DNA of 64,000 nucleotides. It comes from Dimorphilus gyrociliatus. Taxonomy: Eukaryota > Animalia > Annelida. The DNA lies in the NCBI GenBank assembly GCA_904063045.1, contig CAJFCJ010000005.1, positions 3,528,165 to 3,592,164 of the forward strand, written 5' to 3'. Shown here piece after piece: positions 12,740 to 26,000 of the stretch (position 1 is the first letter of the stretch; each line of letters begins with the position of its first letter). The notes under the pieces were generated by a model. That model was not told the origin of the DNA and did not search any database. It saw nothing but the letters and a program-made list of their open reading frames with translations. The position numbers were made by a program, and so were the translations under genes.

Positions 12740-13892
12740 TCAATTTCTACCACAAAGTAAAAAAACAGGCCACTCAACCGTGAAAGTAACGTTAGTCGGT
12801 ATGTTCTCTTCTTGAAGTGTTTCTTCAAATCTGTCGTTTTGTAAATAATAAATATAAACTATTCAAATTATTATTGTAATAAAACAAAAGAAACTTGAAT
12901 ATACCTTGAACGGAATAATTTTAATGGATCTGTTTTCCTGTTGGCTACGTAATTTCTATAAAATGACCATGAACCTAAATATCCTGCATAATCATCTAGA
13001 TTCATTGATTTGTTAGTTTTCATTGAGTTAATTCTGTAAATAAAAAATGAAGTTATTCTATAAATGAATCTCTTTTTAAAATAAATCTATTTAGTTTACC
13101 TTGTAAAATTGTTAAAAGGTAGTTCAAAATCTTTGTAATGATTGGCTACGTGATGAGTTGCCGGAGTTTTAAAATCATCCAATTCGTTAAAAAACTAAAA
13201 TAATAGGAAATTTCCAATTTTTTAATGATATTTCTTATTAAAGTCAATATTTAAGTTTTTATTTACCGTTAATCTAAAATCATTCAATTTTGAATTAACA
13301 TGGTCATCGAATTCTGCGACGAATGGTAATGCGTAGCTAAATACAGCAAGACATCCTCCAGGAACTAGAACTCTTTTAACTTCTTTATAAAAGTTTTCGA
13401 AAGGCTCAAAGAAGTGAAAAGCCGTTCCAGCAAAGATTAACGAAACCGAATTATCTTCTGCAGGTAACTTTTCAAAACTTCCAACACTAAACAATTTATT
13501 GTTGTCATTAAAATTAGTATTTGTTGAATTAATTAATTAATAATTTGTCTACTTACGTAAATTCTACATTATCGTGTTCATTATTTCTTTTAGCCTCAAA
13601 GATTTGAGCTTCGCTTATGTCCAATCCAATAATACGGTCAAAGTGATTGGCCATTAATTTTGTACTTTGACCGGATCCACAGCCAACATCTATTGCCAGT
13701 TTCCTTGAAAATGGTTTCTCAAGCTGATTTCAAAGAATAATGTAATGATTTTTTAGTTTGATGATTTAATTTCACCTTTTCATCGATAAATTGAAGAATT
13801 TCTTTAGCCAAAGATTCTGGATAAGTCGGTCTGAAAGTATGATAGGCTTTTGCTACATCTTTATCTGCGTAGAGTGTCTCATACATGCTCAT
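12740..13892 (-). CDS. Class I SAM-dependent methyltransferase, DDB_G0268948-like (paralogue 2)
   Basis: MSMYETLYADKDVAKAYHTFRPTYP..., DVGCGSGQ, FHFFEPFENFYKEVKRVLVPGG, ending VEWPVFLLCGRN*. Exon structure matches paralogue 1. Confidence 0.85.
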
Positions 13893-14514
13893 TTTCTTCT
13901 TTAAACAATTTTGAAACAAAGTAAAAATATCTTAAAAGTCGGTTTTCAAAAATGTTTAGGAGAAACAGGAGAACAGCAAATGACTGATTTGTAAAGTGAA
14001 CTGGAAGATCTTTGGCTATATATGTTTTCATATTCAAAAGATTTCTTTAAAAATTTATTTTTCATCGGAATCTGTCTTTGAACACCGCTTTTGTTATTCA
14101 TAAAGCATAAACTTGGCAATTTAGTTGACAGATAGATCTAATAGATATTCTCTCTGTTCTTGCTGTTAGTTTAGAAAGAATATAATAACTAATTAACTTT
14201 TTTGTAACTTTTTAAAGATAGTTTAGTGCTTGTTTCTCGCTTTGAATAGTCTTTAATTTAAGTCGTAAATCTTGATGACACTGAATTCGGAATACGCAAA
14301 GGCGGTTGTTTTTTATAGGTCTAGGTAGGCATTGTGGTACTCTTTATAACGTTGGCAAAAACGAGGACTTGGCCCAGGATAACATTGACTATTCCGTAGA
14401 AGTGTCTTATATGATGGACAAGCTTGTGATGATGACTCATTCTCTATTCAAACTGTTCAAAAATTTTTGTCTTCAGTTCAGAAGTTTATTGAACGCAAAA
14501 TAAAGATGTCTTTT
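13870..14514. repeat. Left arm of a 645-bp inverted repeat (partner 16278-16922)
   Basis: Its reverse complement matches 16278-16922, with only two mismatches spotted by eye. The ORF track gives the same peptide at 14306 (+) and 16486 (-). Confidence 0.95.
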
Positions 14515-14787
14515 GAGCGTTCACTAAAAGACTAGATTAAGGATAGCTATTATCTTAAACTGTTACTTTTAATAGCAATTCCCTTTATTTTAGCTAAGAA
14601 AGAATATATAGTTATATATAGAAACATTCTTTTGCTTTTTCAATATTCAGCTATTTGTAACAAGTCTTCTTATATATGTTTTAATATTTATTCGCCATTT
14701 TCAATACGACTTTGAAAAGCGAATGGGAAGGTTTCGTATCTTATTCACAAATTCTATTCGAATGGTAAAACATCAAACTTTCTCCAG

Positions 14788-15855
14788 ATGATGTTTAGTA
14801 AACTTTTCAGAGGCTATAAACTCGCCGATTCTTTTAATTCTATTGAAAGCTTTTATAAAGAATCCTTAAGCTCAATAATTATTGAAACTATGAATACTAA
14901 CGTAATATTTACATTTTTGATAATAAGTTTATTTTATTGTTGTTTCTAAATAGATTGGCAATTTTCAATGCGAAAATATAGCAGTTAACATTGGATGCGG
15001 ATCCGGACAGAGCATTTGCCATATGAGTCAATATTTTCAAAAGATAATTGCAATTGATGAATCTGTAGATAACATAAAACGTGCTAAATGTATTAACAAA
15101 AATGAAAATGTTGAATTTGCGTAAGTTAATAAAATGACATTCCTAAATAAAATATTAGATAATTCATTTTCTTTTATTATAGAATTGGTAGTTTTGATCA
15201 GATACCAGCTGAAGATAATTCCGTATCATTAGTATATTGTGGAACGGCTGTTCATTGTTTTCAACCAATAGAAAAATTTTATATAGAGGCAAAAAGGGTT
15301 CTGGTACCTGGTGGATATATAATTATACCAACCAGTTCGCCATCAGTATTGGAGGAATCTTTAACTGAAAACGTAATTAATCGCATTAAAATAGTTTATA
15401 ATACACTTTATATATCTTTATTCAATATAAGTAAAACTTGACTACGTTTTAGATTATAAATAGAAGTTTGGTTATACTTAAAATAATACTCAGCTATATA
15501 ACGAAAGAATGGAATTTTTGTAAAATATCACAACAAGACAAAAAGTAAGTAAAAGATTACGAAATGTCAGCACTTTTTAACTAAAATATAATTGAAAAAA
15601 AAACAGGAATATTTCAGTTTTAAATAGCATCAATCACTTACGCAAAGCTTTTTCAATGGAGAAATGTTCAGATTTTCTAAAACGACCTGATCGAACGTAA
15701 ATATTATATTTTTTTAATATTTCATTATTTAACAATAGAATTAACTACAATACTTGTTTTAATGAAACACATATAGGGAACACAGTGAAAACGAAGATCA
15801 CGAATATAAGTGGCCAATTGCTATTGGACGAAAACTCTTAAGAGCTCAGAGATAA
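14788..15855 (+). CDS. Divergent methyltransferase paralogue 3 (possibly degenerating)
   Basis: MMFSKLFRG..., motif I AVNIGCGSGQ, AIDES, VHCFQPIEKFYIEAKRVLVPGG. The first three introns are at paralogous positions. C-terminal exons are strongly diverged and the last splice site is uncertain. Confidence 0.65.
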
Positions 15856-16277
15856 ATATATATTTCCATGTGTTGTTTTATACATTTTTTATAACTATAT
15901 ATCTTAGTCTTATATTTGCATTCTAATATATTTAAAGTATAATTTACATTAAAATCATACATTTAAATAAATTCTAAAAGTAATACAACATTTTAACAAT
16001 ATTATTATAAAAGCAAATTGTCAATTATTACATTTCTTCTCAATGGCAACGTTTCATAGATTTGTTGAAAAAAGAAAGTACATTCTCAAATTCCTTTGAT
16101 CAAAAACGTAACGCCCAGTGACATTGAAAAATTATTTAATATACTATACTATAATATCAAGTGAATATCATATTCGATCTACTATTATAAGATAATAAAA
16201 GTAGAATGACTTTCTTCATTTCTCTTGTAATAAAGTGCCAATGTGACATCGATAAATATTTTAAACTAACCGTTTTT

Positions 16278-16922
16278 AAAAGACATCTTTTTTTTGCGTT
16301 CAATAAACTTCTGAACTGAAGACAAAAATTTTTGAACAGTTTGAATAGAGAATGAGTCATCATCACAAGCTTGTCCATCATATAAGACACTTCTACGGAA
16401 TAGTCAATGTTATCCTGGGCCAAGTCCTCGTTTTTGCCAACGTTATAAAGAGTACCACAATGCCTACCTAGACCTATAAAAAACAACCGCCTTTGCGTAT
16501 TCCGAATTCAGTGTCATCAAGATTTACGACTTAAATTAAAGACTATTCAAAGCGAGAAACAAACACTAAACTATCTTTAAAAAGTTACAAAAAAGTTAAT
16601 TAGTTATTATATTCTTTCTAAACTAACAGCAAGAACAGAGAGAATATCTATTAGATCTATCTGTCAACTAAATTGCCAAGTTTATGCTTTATGAATAACA
16701 AAAGCGGTGTTCAAAGACAGATTCCGATGAAAAATAAATTTTTAAAGAAATCTTTTGAATATGAAAACATATATAGCCAAAGATCTTCCAGTTCACTTTA
16801 CAAATCAGTCATTTGCTGTTCTCCTGTTTCTCCTAAACATTTTTGAAAACCGACTTTTAAGATATTTTTACTTTGTTTCAAAATTGTTTAAAGAAGAAAA
16901 TGAGCATGTATGAGACACTCTA
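16278..16922. repeat. Right arm of the 645-bp inverted repeat
   Basis: Reverse complement of 13870-14514. Contains a copy of the start codon and first 7 codons of methyltransferase 2, followed at once by TAA. Confidence 0.95.
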
Positions 16923-17002
16923 AAACGACCTGATCAAACGTAAATATTATATTTTTTTAATATTTCATTATTTAACAATAGAATTAACTACAATACTTGT
17001 TT
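16919..17002 (+). repeat. 84-bp direct copy of 15676-15759
   Basis: TCTAAAACGACCTGATC(A/G)AACGTAAATATT...TACTTGTTT occurs at both places with one mismatch. It overlaps the inverted-repeat end by TCTA. Confidence 0.9.
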
Positions 17003-17088
17003 ATTTATGGATATACTGTATATTATATCATATATCTTCTAATATTTACAATAATATTAATAAACGTGTCCTTTTTATTGTCAATTAA

Positions 17089-20000
17089 TTAATCCGTATT
17101 AAGAGTAAGACATACTCCTTGCAATACCCACAAACTAGGATGTTCAGCCGTAAAGAGATCAGCTTCAAATACTAGGCCAACACCCATAGCGTTTCTACGT
17201 TGTGATGTAACATATACCGGTGTTTTGAAAGTATTTTGTAATTTTAGTCTATGTGCTTCTATTGGAATCACTTTTAGAACAGGTAATTCTTGAATAAGCT
17301 CTTTAGGACGTTGCCTTATTAAGCAGCCTTTTTGTGCATCCCATCCCGCTCCTTCTAGATATAATCCTGAAACGAAACATCCTTGATGAGCCCTCTCTGA
17401 GACATCGTCGGCAGAAGCATGTTTTGTAACTGTGGTATAGAGTGTTGATTTATCTAATGGCCATCCATTCTTACGGCAAGTTGCTTGAACGAGAGCAGTT
17501 AGATATGATTCTGGAATATGTAGACCGGATAGCCACATTACGGCGGGTTCATTTTCTTCAACCCATTTGAAATACTGCTGGTGGCGTCGTTCGAAATGTA
17601 TCATCCAATTAGCAAGAGATTTTCTCGTATCGGGAGCCAACTTTCTCCAAATTGATGGTATGACACCGTTATATAGCGATTTAGAAAGATCATCCAATTC
17701 CGAACTCATGCCAACTTCACCTTTCAGCGCTCTCCTAAGAGTTGATAATGATTTATTCATACGGGAAATTAATCTATTAAATCTCTCAATTTCTTGTAAT
17801 AATACTACAGTTGTTGGCGTTATATCAATACCGTATTTCTTTCTTATTTTATCTAAATCAAATTCCTTTGGTAGTTTACCCAGAACATCTTGCGCAACCT
17901 TATCCATATATTCTTCTCTAGAAATACCTCCTCCGGTATCGCCTGTTTGAGGTTGTAGCTCGACTAATTGAGTCCACATTTCACGGGCTGCTTCTGTATA
18001 ATATCCAATTTCGGCGTTGGGATGTAAGCCAAATACTTCTGGAGTATTCGACAGCGGTAAAGTTTCAATATAATCAACATAGGTGTCTCTTGTTGGGGAA
18101 ATATCTTCGACGCCAGTTGGTATTTTGTAATCAACTTCATCATTAGTATAGAAATGGAAAGGTTGGAAAGTGTCAAAGATGAAATCTCCCATATATTCAT
18201 CCATATAAGTGTTCAATATACGCCTGTCAAAGTTGTCGATAGCCCTTCCACCATACATAACTTCTCCGATAAGGTACTTTAAGCTTCCCCAAGGAATTTT
18301 TGAATCCTTATTTTCAATAGCTTTTGTAAGATAGGTTCGTAGAATCTCCATACAAACTTGAAAGTCCGATTCGTTAAAGTCGTATCCAACGTTCCAACCA
18401 ATCTTACCATACTTTCTTCTCTCTTGAACTACAGCATGGAAGAAAGCCAAATCAAACACCAAGGCTGAAAATGAATCGTGGGGACAATCGGACAATGATT
18501 GAGCAGTAATCTTAAAGTAGGTATTTCTCATATTTAATTTCAATCCATTAGGTGGTTCTGTAACAACTTTTAGAGATCTCTGGAGGATACCAATCGGAAA
18601 ACTTGGTGTTGGATCCGTTGTCAACCATAATCTAAAATCTGGATGGGGTTTTGATAATTTTTCTAGTTGTTTCTCCAATTCTCTTAACCATTTAATCAAC
18701 AAATGACAATTTTGTAAGAGAAGCCATTGTCCTCTAGCAATAGCTGTTTCCAAGAGGTTCATAGCTAACTTTTCTTGACCTTGACCCAAAGATAGATATT
18801 TTAATCTATTACTGCCAAAACCGGTACGTTCAGCTAATTTCATAAGATCGGAAGTTGGATCGGATCCAGCGCTGAGTATGAAAACAATCGGAGATGTTGG
18901 TGTTGATTGTTCAAAGATACTCTCAAAGCTGATAATCGGGGGTGTGACATATTTTTCTCCCATAATCTTCGTTACGTACTCGGTAACTGCTCTATAAATT
19001 CTGTCTACTCTCATACAACGTAACAGCATCAACTTGTGGAAATCGTTAATTGAATTATATTTTGATGGGAAAGATACAGATTCCGGAGAGTCATGATTAA
19101 ACCAATTTTTCCAGGTTTTTTCATCTTTTTCAATATCGTCTAATAAGTTTGCGAAAACATCGGGTAAAACTTCGGAAAGCCTTACACAATCTTCCCATCC
19201 CTCTTCCGGAAACCAAGAATATGGCTTCTTTCTCTTACTCTTCTCAAGAGCTATGTTACCTTTAATGAAAAAGTCTAATTCCTCTTGTTTAACTCTCATT
19301 TCATCCATTTCCAATTTAACCGTTATTTGAAAAGAGAAAAGTAACTTATGCTTTTCAAAAATTCCAGTACAGCCGTAATTATAGACATTATGTGTTAAAG
19401 TATCCATAATATTCCTTAATCTCTTCGGAACAACCGTATCTGGCATACTCTTCTTTAGAGAAAACTCGAAAACATCTAAATAAGATGACAACGAGTACTG
19501 ATACATGCTATTAATTATAGACATTTCCGACAAGACAAAGAAGAGAATAGCCCCGCGTTTAGCTGCAGGCCTATAGCCATCTCTTGTTTTATCAATTTCA
19601 CTTGCAGTTTTGGCTCCTAATTTCAATTTTTCTGCAACTTCTGAAGCTTTTGATTTGGTATTTTCTAAAGTGTTGATCAAATCAACATTGTCCAACATAT
19701 TTCCAGTAGATGTCGCCAATTCACGAAGTAAAGAATCTTCTAGGTCTTTCAATAGCCGTTTGTTGTCACTGGTTTCTTGAATAAGACGTTCTCTTTGCTC
19801 TTCTAGTTCTTTTCTTTCGAATTTTACTATAACACTCAACAATTGATCTTCTAAACCTTTCAATGTTACAGTATAGTTTATTACCATCGATTTACCAAAA
19901 ACATTTGGCGTATATTTTGGGTTGGATAGCTTTGTGTTCAAGTATAACCGGAAATTGGGATCATAGTCAACTTCTTTATCTCCTAGCATAATAAACTCCC

Positions 20001-23000
20001 TTCCAGTAGATCCCTTAATGTTTTTCTCGAGAACATTGTCAATTACGGGATCAATATACTCATCTACGTCTTTAAATAGGAAGGGAAATCCGTATTTGAT
20101 AGCTAACTCTAACTGTTTCAAGAAATCCGAATCGTTGAAAGTACAAACTTTCAGGTTGTTCTTCTCCTCTTTCTTTTTTATCCAATTGAGTGCTTGTTGT
20201 TGTGGATCAATACACATTGGGAATCTTGACGATCTCGTTGTTAGGATACCGTTTTGGATAGATAATTCATCGGGTGGAAGAGATTCTGATGTCCATCTAC
20301 TCATTTCAACATCATTTGTCAATACTGCTTCGAGCTTGAATGGATCACTTAAAGGAATGTCCTTGGTTCTTATATCACTTTGCCAATCTGAGTAGATCAT
20401 CTCTGTCCTAAATTCCCAACTGAAAGCGCCAACGTAGCTGAGGAAAGCTGATGACAACAGGCAATCTCCCAGTAATTTTATCCTTTGATCTTTTAAATCC
20501 TGTAAATCCTTGGTCCAACGCTCATTTTCAGACCCTAAGCCTGATATAAGTTTATCAGCAGCTATTAATCGACGTTCCATAATTGCAGCTTCATTCTCTA
20601 ATTGTTGCTTTTCCGACATAGCTTCCTCATACATCTTCTTTAGTCTGTTAAGTTCTTCTTCAATGTTTAATACTTCTGTGTTAATTTTTTCCAATTCTCT
20701 TTTAGCTTGGTTATAGGTTCTTTCTAATTTAGCTACTTTTTCACGTTTTGGTTTAACTTCTCTTGCAACTTCGCAATATCCTACAACAGCTTCTACAAAT
20801 TTTAACAATCCAGCACCAGCCTTAGAAACAGCTTTCATAGCGTCTACTGTCATATCATCGCCACTTTTCAAGAATGATTTTACTGTATTCACTTGTCTCA
20901 AACCGATATCGTCAACTTTCATGTTCTTTAGACTTGCTAAAAAGTTAGCTTCCGACATCATACCCTTAGCAGATTTCCATGATACCTCTTTTATACCTTT
21001 CATTACAACAATACATTCACAAACAGTTTGAACTGGCCTTGGAGGCTTTGCAAATGACCTAATTTCAGTTACATCGCCTTTTTCAAGATCATCGAGAGCA
21101 GCTCTAGCTGCTTCTAATGCGGGTAGAGCCTCTTTTAAAGCTTCTTCCGCTTCTGTTTTTTCAACATGAATGATTTTACTCTGTTCCTCAATTTCTTTTC
21201 CTTTAGCAACGGCAAGTGTTTTCTTCTCTTCTGCCATTGTCGTCTTTTCTGAAATGTCGGCCAAAAGCTGTTCGCAACTTTCGGTCTTTTCTTTGAGGAC
21301 CACCTTTTGAACAGCTAATTTTTCATTTAATTCGTTTAATTGTTCGCTAGCTTCCACCAATTTTGTCATACCACCGGATAAACGTTCACACTGAGATAAA
21401 ATGAATTTGTCTTTTTCATCCAATAATTTTAAATAGGTATTAATAAAGTCCAAGTAATGTTTTGGTGTTACGTAATTATTTCTACGAAGCTTTTGTTGAA
21501 ATGTTTTCGAATAAGTCCCTACTGAGTTGTGAACCATTACCATATGGCTAACAATTGATTCACGATGAATCTCCGGCACCAAAGGATTCTAATAGCAAAT
21601 ATATCAGTTAATTTTATACAATATGTCAATAGATAACTTACATCTAGCGATATCGACACGCTAGCAACAGCGTAAAGAGCCTGCTCTGGCCATGGAAAGA
21701 ACCAATCAATGGAGGCATTATTTACCATACCTGGGAAGTTACGGCATCTAGTTCTTAAGGTATCACCTACAGGTGACATAGCCATAACAACATGAAGGTT
21801 ATTGGCACATTTCGTAACAAAATATTGCCAGATAGCTTCTCTAGCTGGACCCATTCCAGCTGCATTTGCTTCATTTCTGATCTGACCAATGATAGCTTCT
21901 TTTTCGTCATCAGCGTAAAGAGCAGGTACCATTCCGGATGTTAGCATGTTATTAATTAATTCTAAGAAGCCTTCCTCCACAACATGTTGGTCTGTGAAGA
22001 GGAATGATACTTTCTTATTTTCCATACCCAATTTATTGTACAAAATTTTCAAATCATCCCGGAAATTGCTTTCACTGTATCCTCGGCTCAATGTTATCTC
22101 AAATACTTCACATCCAGCTGCAAATGATGACAAACGGCAAATACTCTGCTTTCCCGAACCGCCTACTCCTACTAGAAGAGCGTGACCTTGATCCATTCTT
22201 AAAACTCTATGGACTCTTGTTATGTGATCTAAGGCATCGTCAAACAAAACCATGTTCATAGGAGTATGCCTTTCGTTGTATTCTTCCAAAATTTCTTGGA
22301 AAAGCGCTTTAGCGGCATCAAAATCTTGAATATCTTCGTATAAGCGAGGTTCAGCCTCTTCAAGAGTATTCCTATAATCCCCAAACAATATTGGATCTCT
22401 CATAACGTATTCTTTTAACGGCTTGAAATTTTCTTCTATCTGCGTAATCACTCGCTCCTGGACGAGTTTCTTATCGTCTTCAGAGATGAGACGATCAAAT
22501 ACAACTCTCATACATTCATTTCTCCATACCCTAATAAATTGATCTTGTCTACTGTAGCAATCTGGGGTTGTCAAGCACAAACCATTGTAAATCCTAGATA
22601 AATCTCTAAGATTAAAGATATAATGGAATTTTGATGGTGTAGGTGGAAGATCTTGGATGATATTTCTGGAAAAAGAGATTAAACAATTGATATATTAATG
22701 ATAAAAATAAACAAAGAGCTATATCAATTATTATACATACTTGTATATCTCCATTGTCATTTTTGTAATGTTAGGAACAATATCTTGAATATCTTGGGAG
22801 AAAGGTATAACGTGACCTTGCAAGATGGAATTATAGATCAAAAAGAGTGACTCGTCAGATGGGAAAGTCATGTTTATAACCGAGAATAATGATATAAATC
22901 TTGGATCAACATCATTTCTACCACCTCCTGGTTTACCCATTGCAGCTAACCATCCAATATCTTTCATTTTCTTCCAATTTAATTCTTTACCTCTGTCATA

Positions 23001-26000
23001 GCAACCTTGACGTTCCAAAAGTAATTTGAGTAGGGCAATAGGCTGTTGGGTACCATATTCATCCACCTGAGGCATATTCATATCATCTACAAACACGATT
23101 AGACGTTTGCCTGGTGGAGGACCGTATGTGTCCTTTGTACGCTTTTCTACGTTAGCTTCCAAATTTCTTTGAACATCTAGTGAAGTTGTTCTGCTAGAAA
23201 AGTTCATATTGAGTAGTAGATGAGTTTCACCGTCCAACGTTCTCAAATAATCAGCAGTGGTAGCAGTTTTGGAGGTACCTGTATCTCCTACAAGTAAAAT
23301 ACTCTTTTGCATTTCCAGATGAAGTTTCAGGAGCCATGTTGCTCTTACAGTATCAACAGTAGGAACGAGAATCTCATTAAATTTCCTTGCGGGATCATGG
23401 GTGTATTTTGTTACCTTCTTCAGCCATGGAACCCATACGTTCTGTTCTTGGTCAAAGAAATATTCGAAAAGAGTTGGTTGATTGGTTGGTAATTCTCCAG
23501 CTTTAGCAAGTTTTTCTTCATCATCCACTGATGTTATAGAGGCTATATATTTCACATGGTTGTCAAACTTGACACGACCATCTTCTAGTAAGGCTGCTCC
23601 TAAACTCCAGTACATACATTGCAAAAATGTAGCTTCAGTGACATCAGGATTATCAGTTGGCTGTAAAAGGGCATCTAACATTTGACAGAGTTGTGTAACC
23701 ATATTTAAGTTTGTTAATGGTACAATTGTTTTCAATTTTGATGCTTGTTTTCCATCAACTATTCCCTCTATAATCATATCAATACACGAATCCACGTATT
23801 TATTGAATAATCGGGATAGCTCCTTCCTTTCTTCTTCATTTTCTCTTTTGCCAACCCATTTTTCCCAGAATGGTTTATAACCTAAATTCTTAGGATCAAC
23901 GAAAACCATACCACAACGAGAAATTGTTGCGGGAGAGGCGTACTGCAAATCGTAAACTTCAAATAGTAGAGCACAGTGTTTTTGTAATCTTATACGTTCA
24001 CCGTTGGCTAATGTAAGCAATCTATTGTCGTCCATAACGGAGTTCATGTTTTCAACCCATAAGGCATCAACGTCACCATCAAAAACAATGTACTTTCTTT
24101 CATTCTTGTCTGTTGGTTTATTTATTTCTCTGAAGATATTTGATAACAGACCGTCTGTCCAATCTCTAGTGTTTGGATCTAATACTCCGTATAATTCAAC
24201 AACTGGTCTCTCCTTTGGGTTTATGGTAAATAATTTTGTTGTTAAGTTCAGTTTTGTTTGAGCTTGTGCCAAAGTGTTAATAACAACTGACTTTCCACCT
24301 CCGGTTGGTCCTACGACCATAGTTGTATGTCTAGTCATCATTGTTTCGTACAATTGTACAACTTTATCTACTTGGATTGGTAGCATAACGTATCTGTTGT
24401 CCTCAAGAACACTTTCAACAGCATCGTTAAAGTTAGGATATCTAACACGAGGGCAGTCGAGCCCAGGAAATAAATCTCCGATTAGACCCAAAAATAGTGG
24501 AACGTCTTCAAAGACGAATTTTGGTAAGTTCATATCTCTTAAAGCTCTCATAAGTACAACATTTTCTGGGAGTTCTGAAGCAGTTCTCTTCAATTCACCT
24601 GCCATTACGAGAACAGATTTTAAGGCTCTTAAGCCAAAATCGTAATGGTACTGCTTAGACAATTGTTCTTTAGCCAATTTATATAAAACTGTCATTTTCT
24701 TAGCAAGGACCTATACAATAAATGATTTAATTGAATAATTAATACCTCTTGATTAGATTTTATGTTTAGAAATTTACCTTAGCCATAAGGAAACCTTCTG
24801 AAAACAACATAATTTCGCAAATCTGTTGTAAATCTGGTACAATAACTACAACAGGTCGGAAAAGGGCTTTAACAGATTCTGGTAATTCAGTTCTGCCAGC
24901 ATAACCAGGATTCATAGTAATAAAAATACCGACACGATTATCCATTTTAATTTCTCCACCTTCGAACTGTTAAATAGATTATTTTATGTAAAATTGTACT
25001 TCATTCAATAGATATACAATTTAATAAAATAACTTACGAAAAATTGCTTTAATTTCATAATTAAAGCATTTCTAATTGTTGTTAATTGGGTGGAAATAAC
25101 AGAAAGTACAGAGACATCTATTCTGTTAAATTCGTCAAAGCATCCCCAAGCGCCGCATTGACAAAGACCAGAGAATATTTTACCTACAGCCTTATAATCC
25201 ATACCTTCACCGCAATTTGTTACTACGCAAAGTAATCCTAAAGCTTTTGCTAAATCTTTAGTTGTTTCAGTTTTTCCTGTACCAGCTGGTCCTGCTGGTG
25301 CTCCTCCAAGATTCATAGAGAGTGCTTGAGTTAAAGTGAGGTAAATACGGTCGGTTAAGGGTGTAATAACTAAACGACCATTTAATCCCATGTATTCGTA
25401 ACCATAGCCAAACGTTCCTGTACATTGTTTAACAATTAATTCATCTGGTTCTCTATCCCAATAAAATCTAAGCTGGCTCTCCCATTCGAATTCTCTCGCG
25501 TCCATAATGCTATCTCGTACGAAACTGTCAATAATATCTCTGGCGTGAACATCAATAATAAGTACAGAGTTGAATTTCTTTCGTTCATTGGATGTCATTG
25601 GAGATCTAACTTTAACTACTAAACCGTCAATTTGTCCGTGTAGTTTTTTAGCATAGTCTTTCATTGCAGTTTTAACACCCTTCTTAACTTTTCTGAACAC
25701 ATCTTCAACTTCCCATGTCCACCATACTTGATTACCAGCTAGACAAACCATACCTTGATATTCAAGCATCCAATCAACTCTATTTCTGCCTTCGGCGCAG
25801 TAGGTAAATATGGCTTCTTTTGTAATGAGTCTGTTTGTTCTTCGCATTTCTTCCAATACATTTGTCATCCAATCTTCCACTCTACCGTCGGCGGCAATAG
25901 GAGTTCTGAAAAGCATTTCTTCTCCTTCACCAGAAATCATACCCTGAGCTATCATATCGTTGTTAGGAGATTTTGAGAATTTCAATGCCGAAATATTATC

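Noticed and set aside
14306-16486. Twin ORFs MFFIGLGRHCG... (14306-14503 + and 16157-16486 -)
   Set aside because: They are identical only because they lie in the inverted-repeat arms. Both have non-ATG starts and no recognisable domain.
13870-16922. Autonomous DNA transposon interpretation of the inverted repeat
   Set aside because: No target-site duplication or transposase, and the arm derives from a host gene's 5' region.
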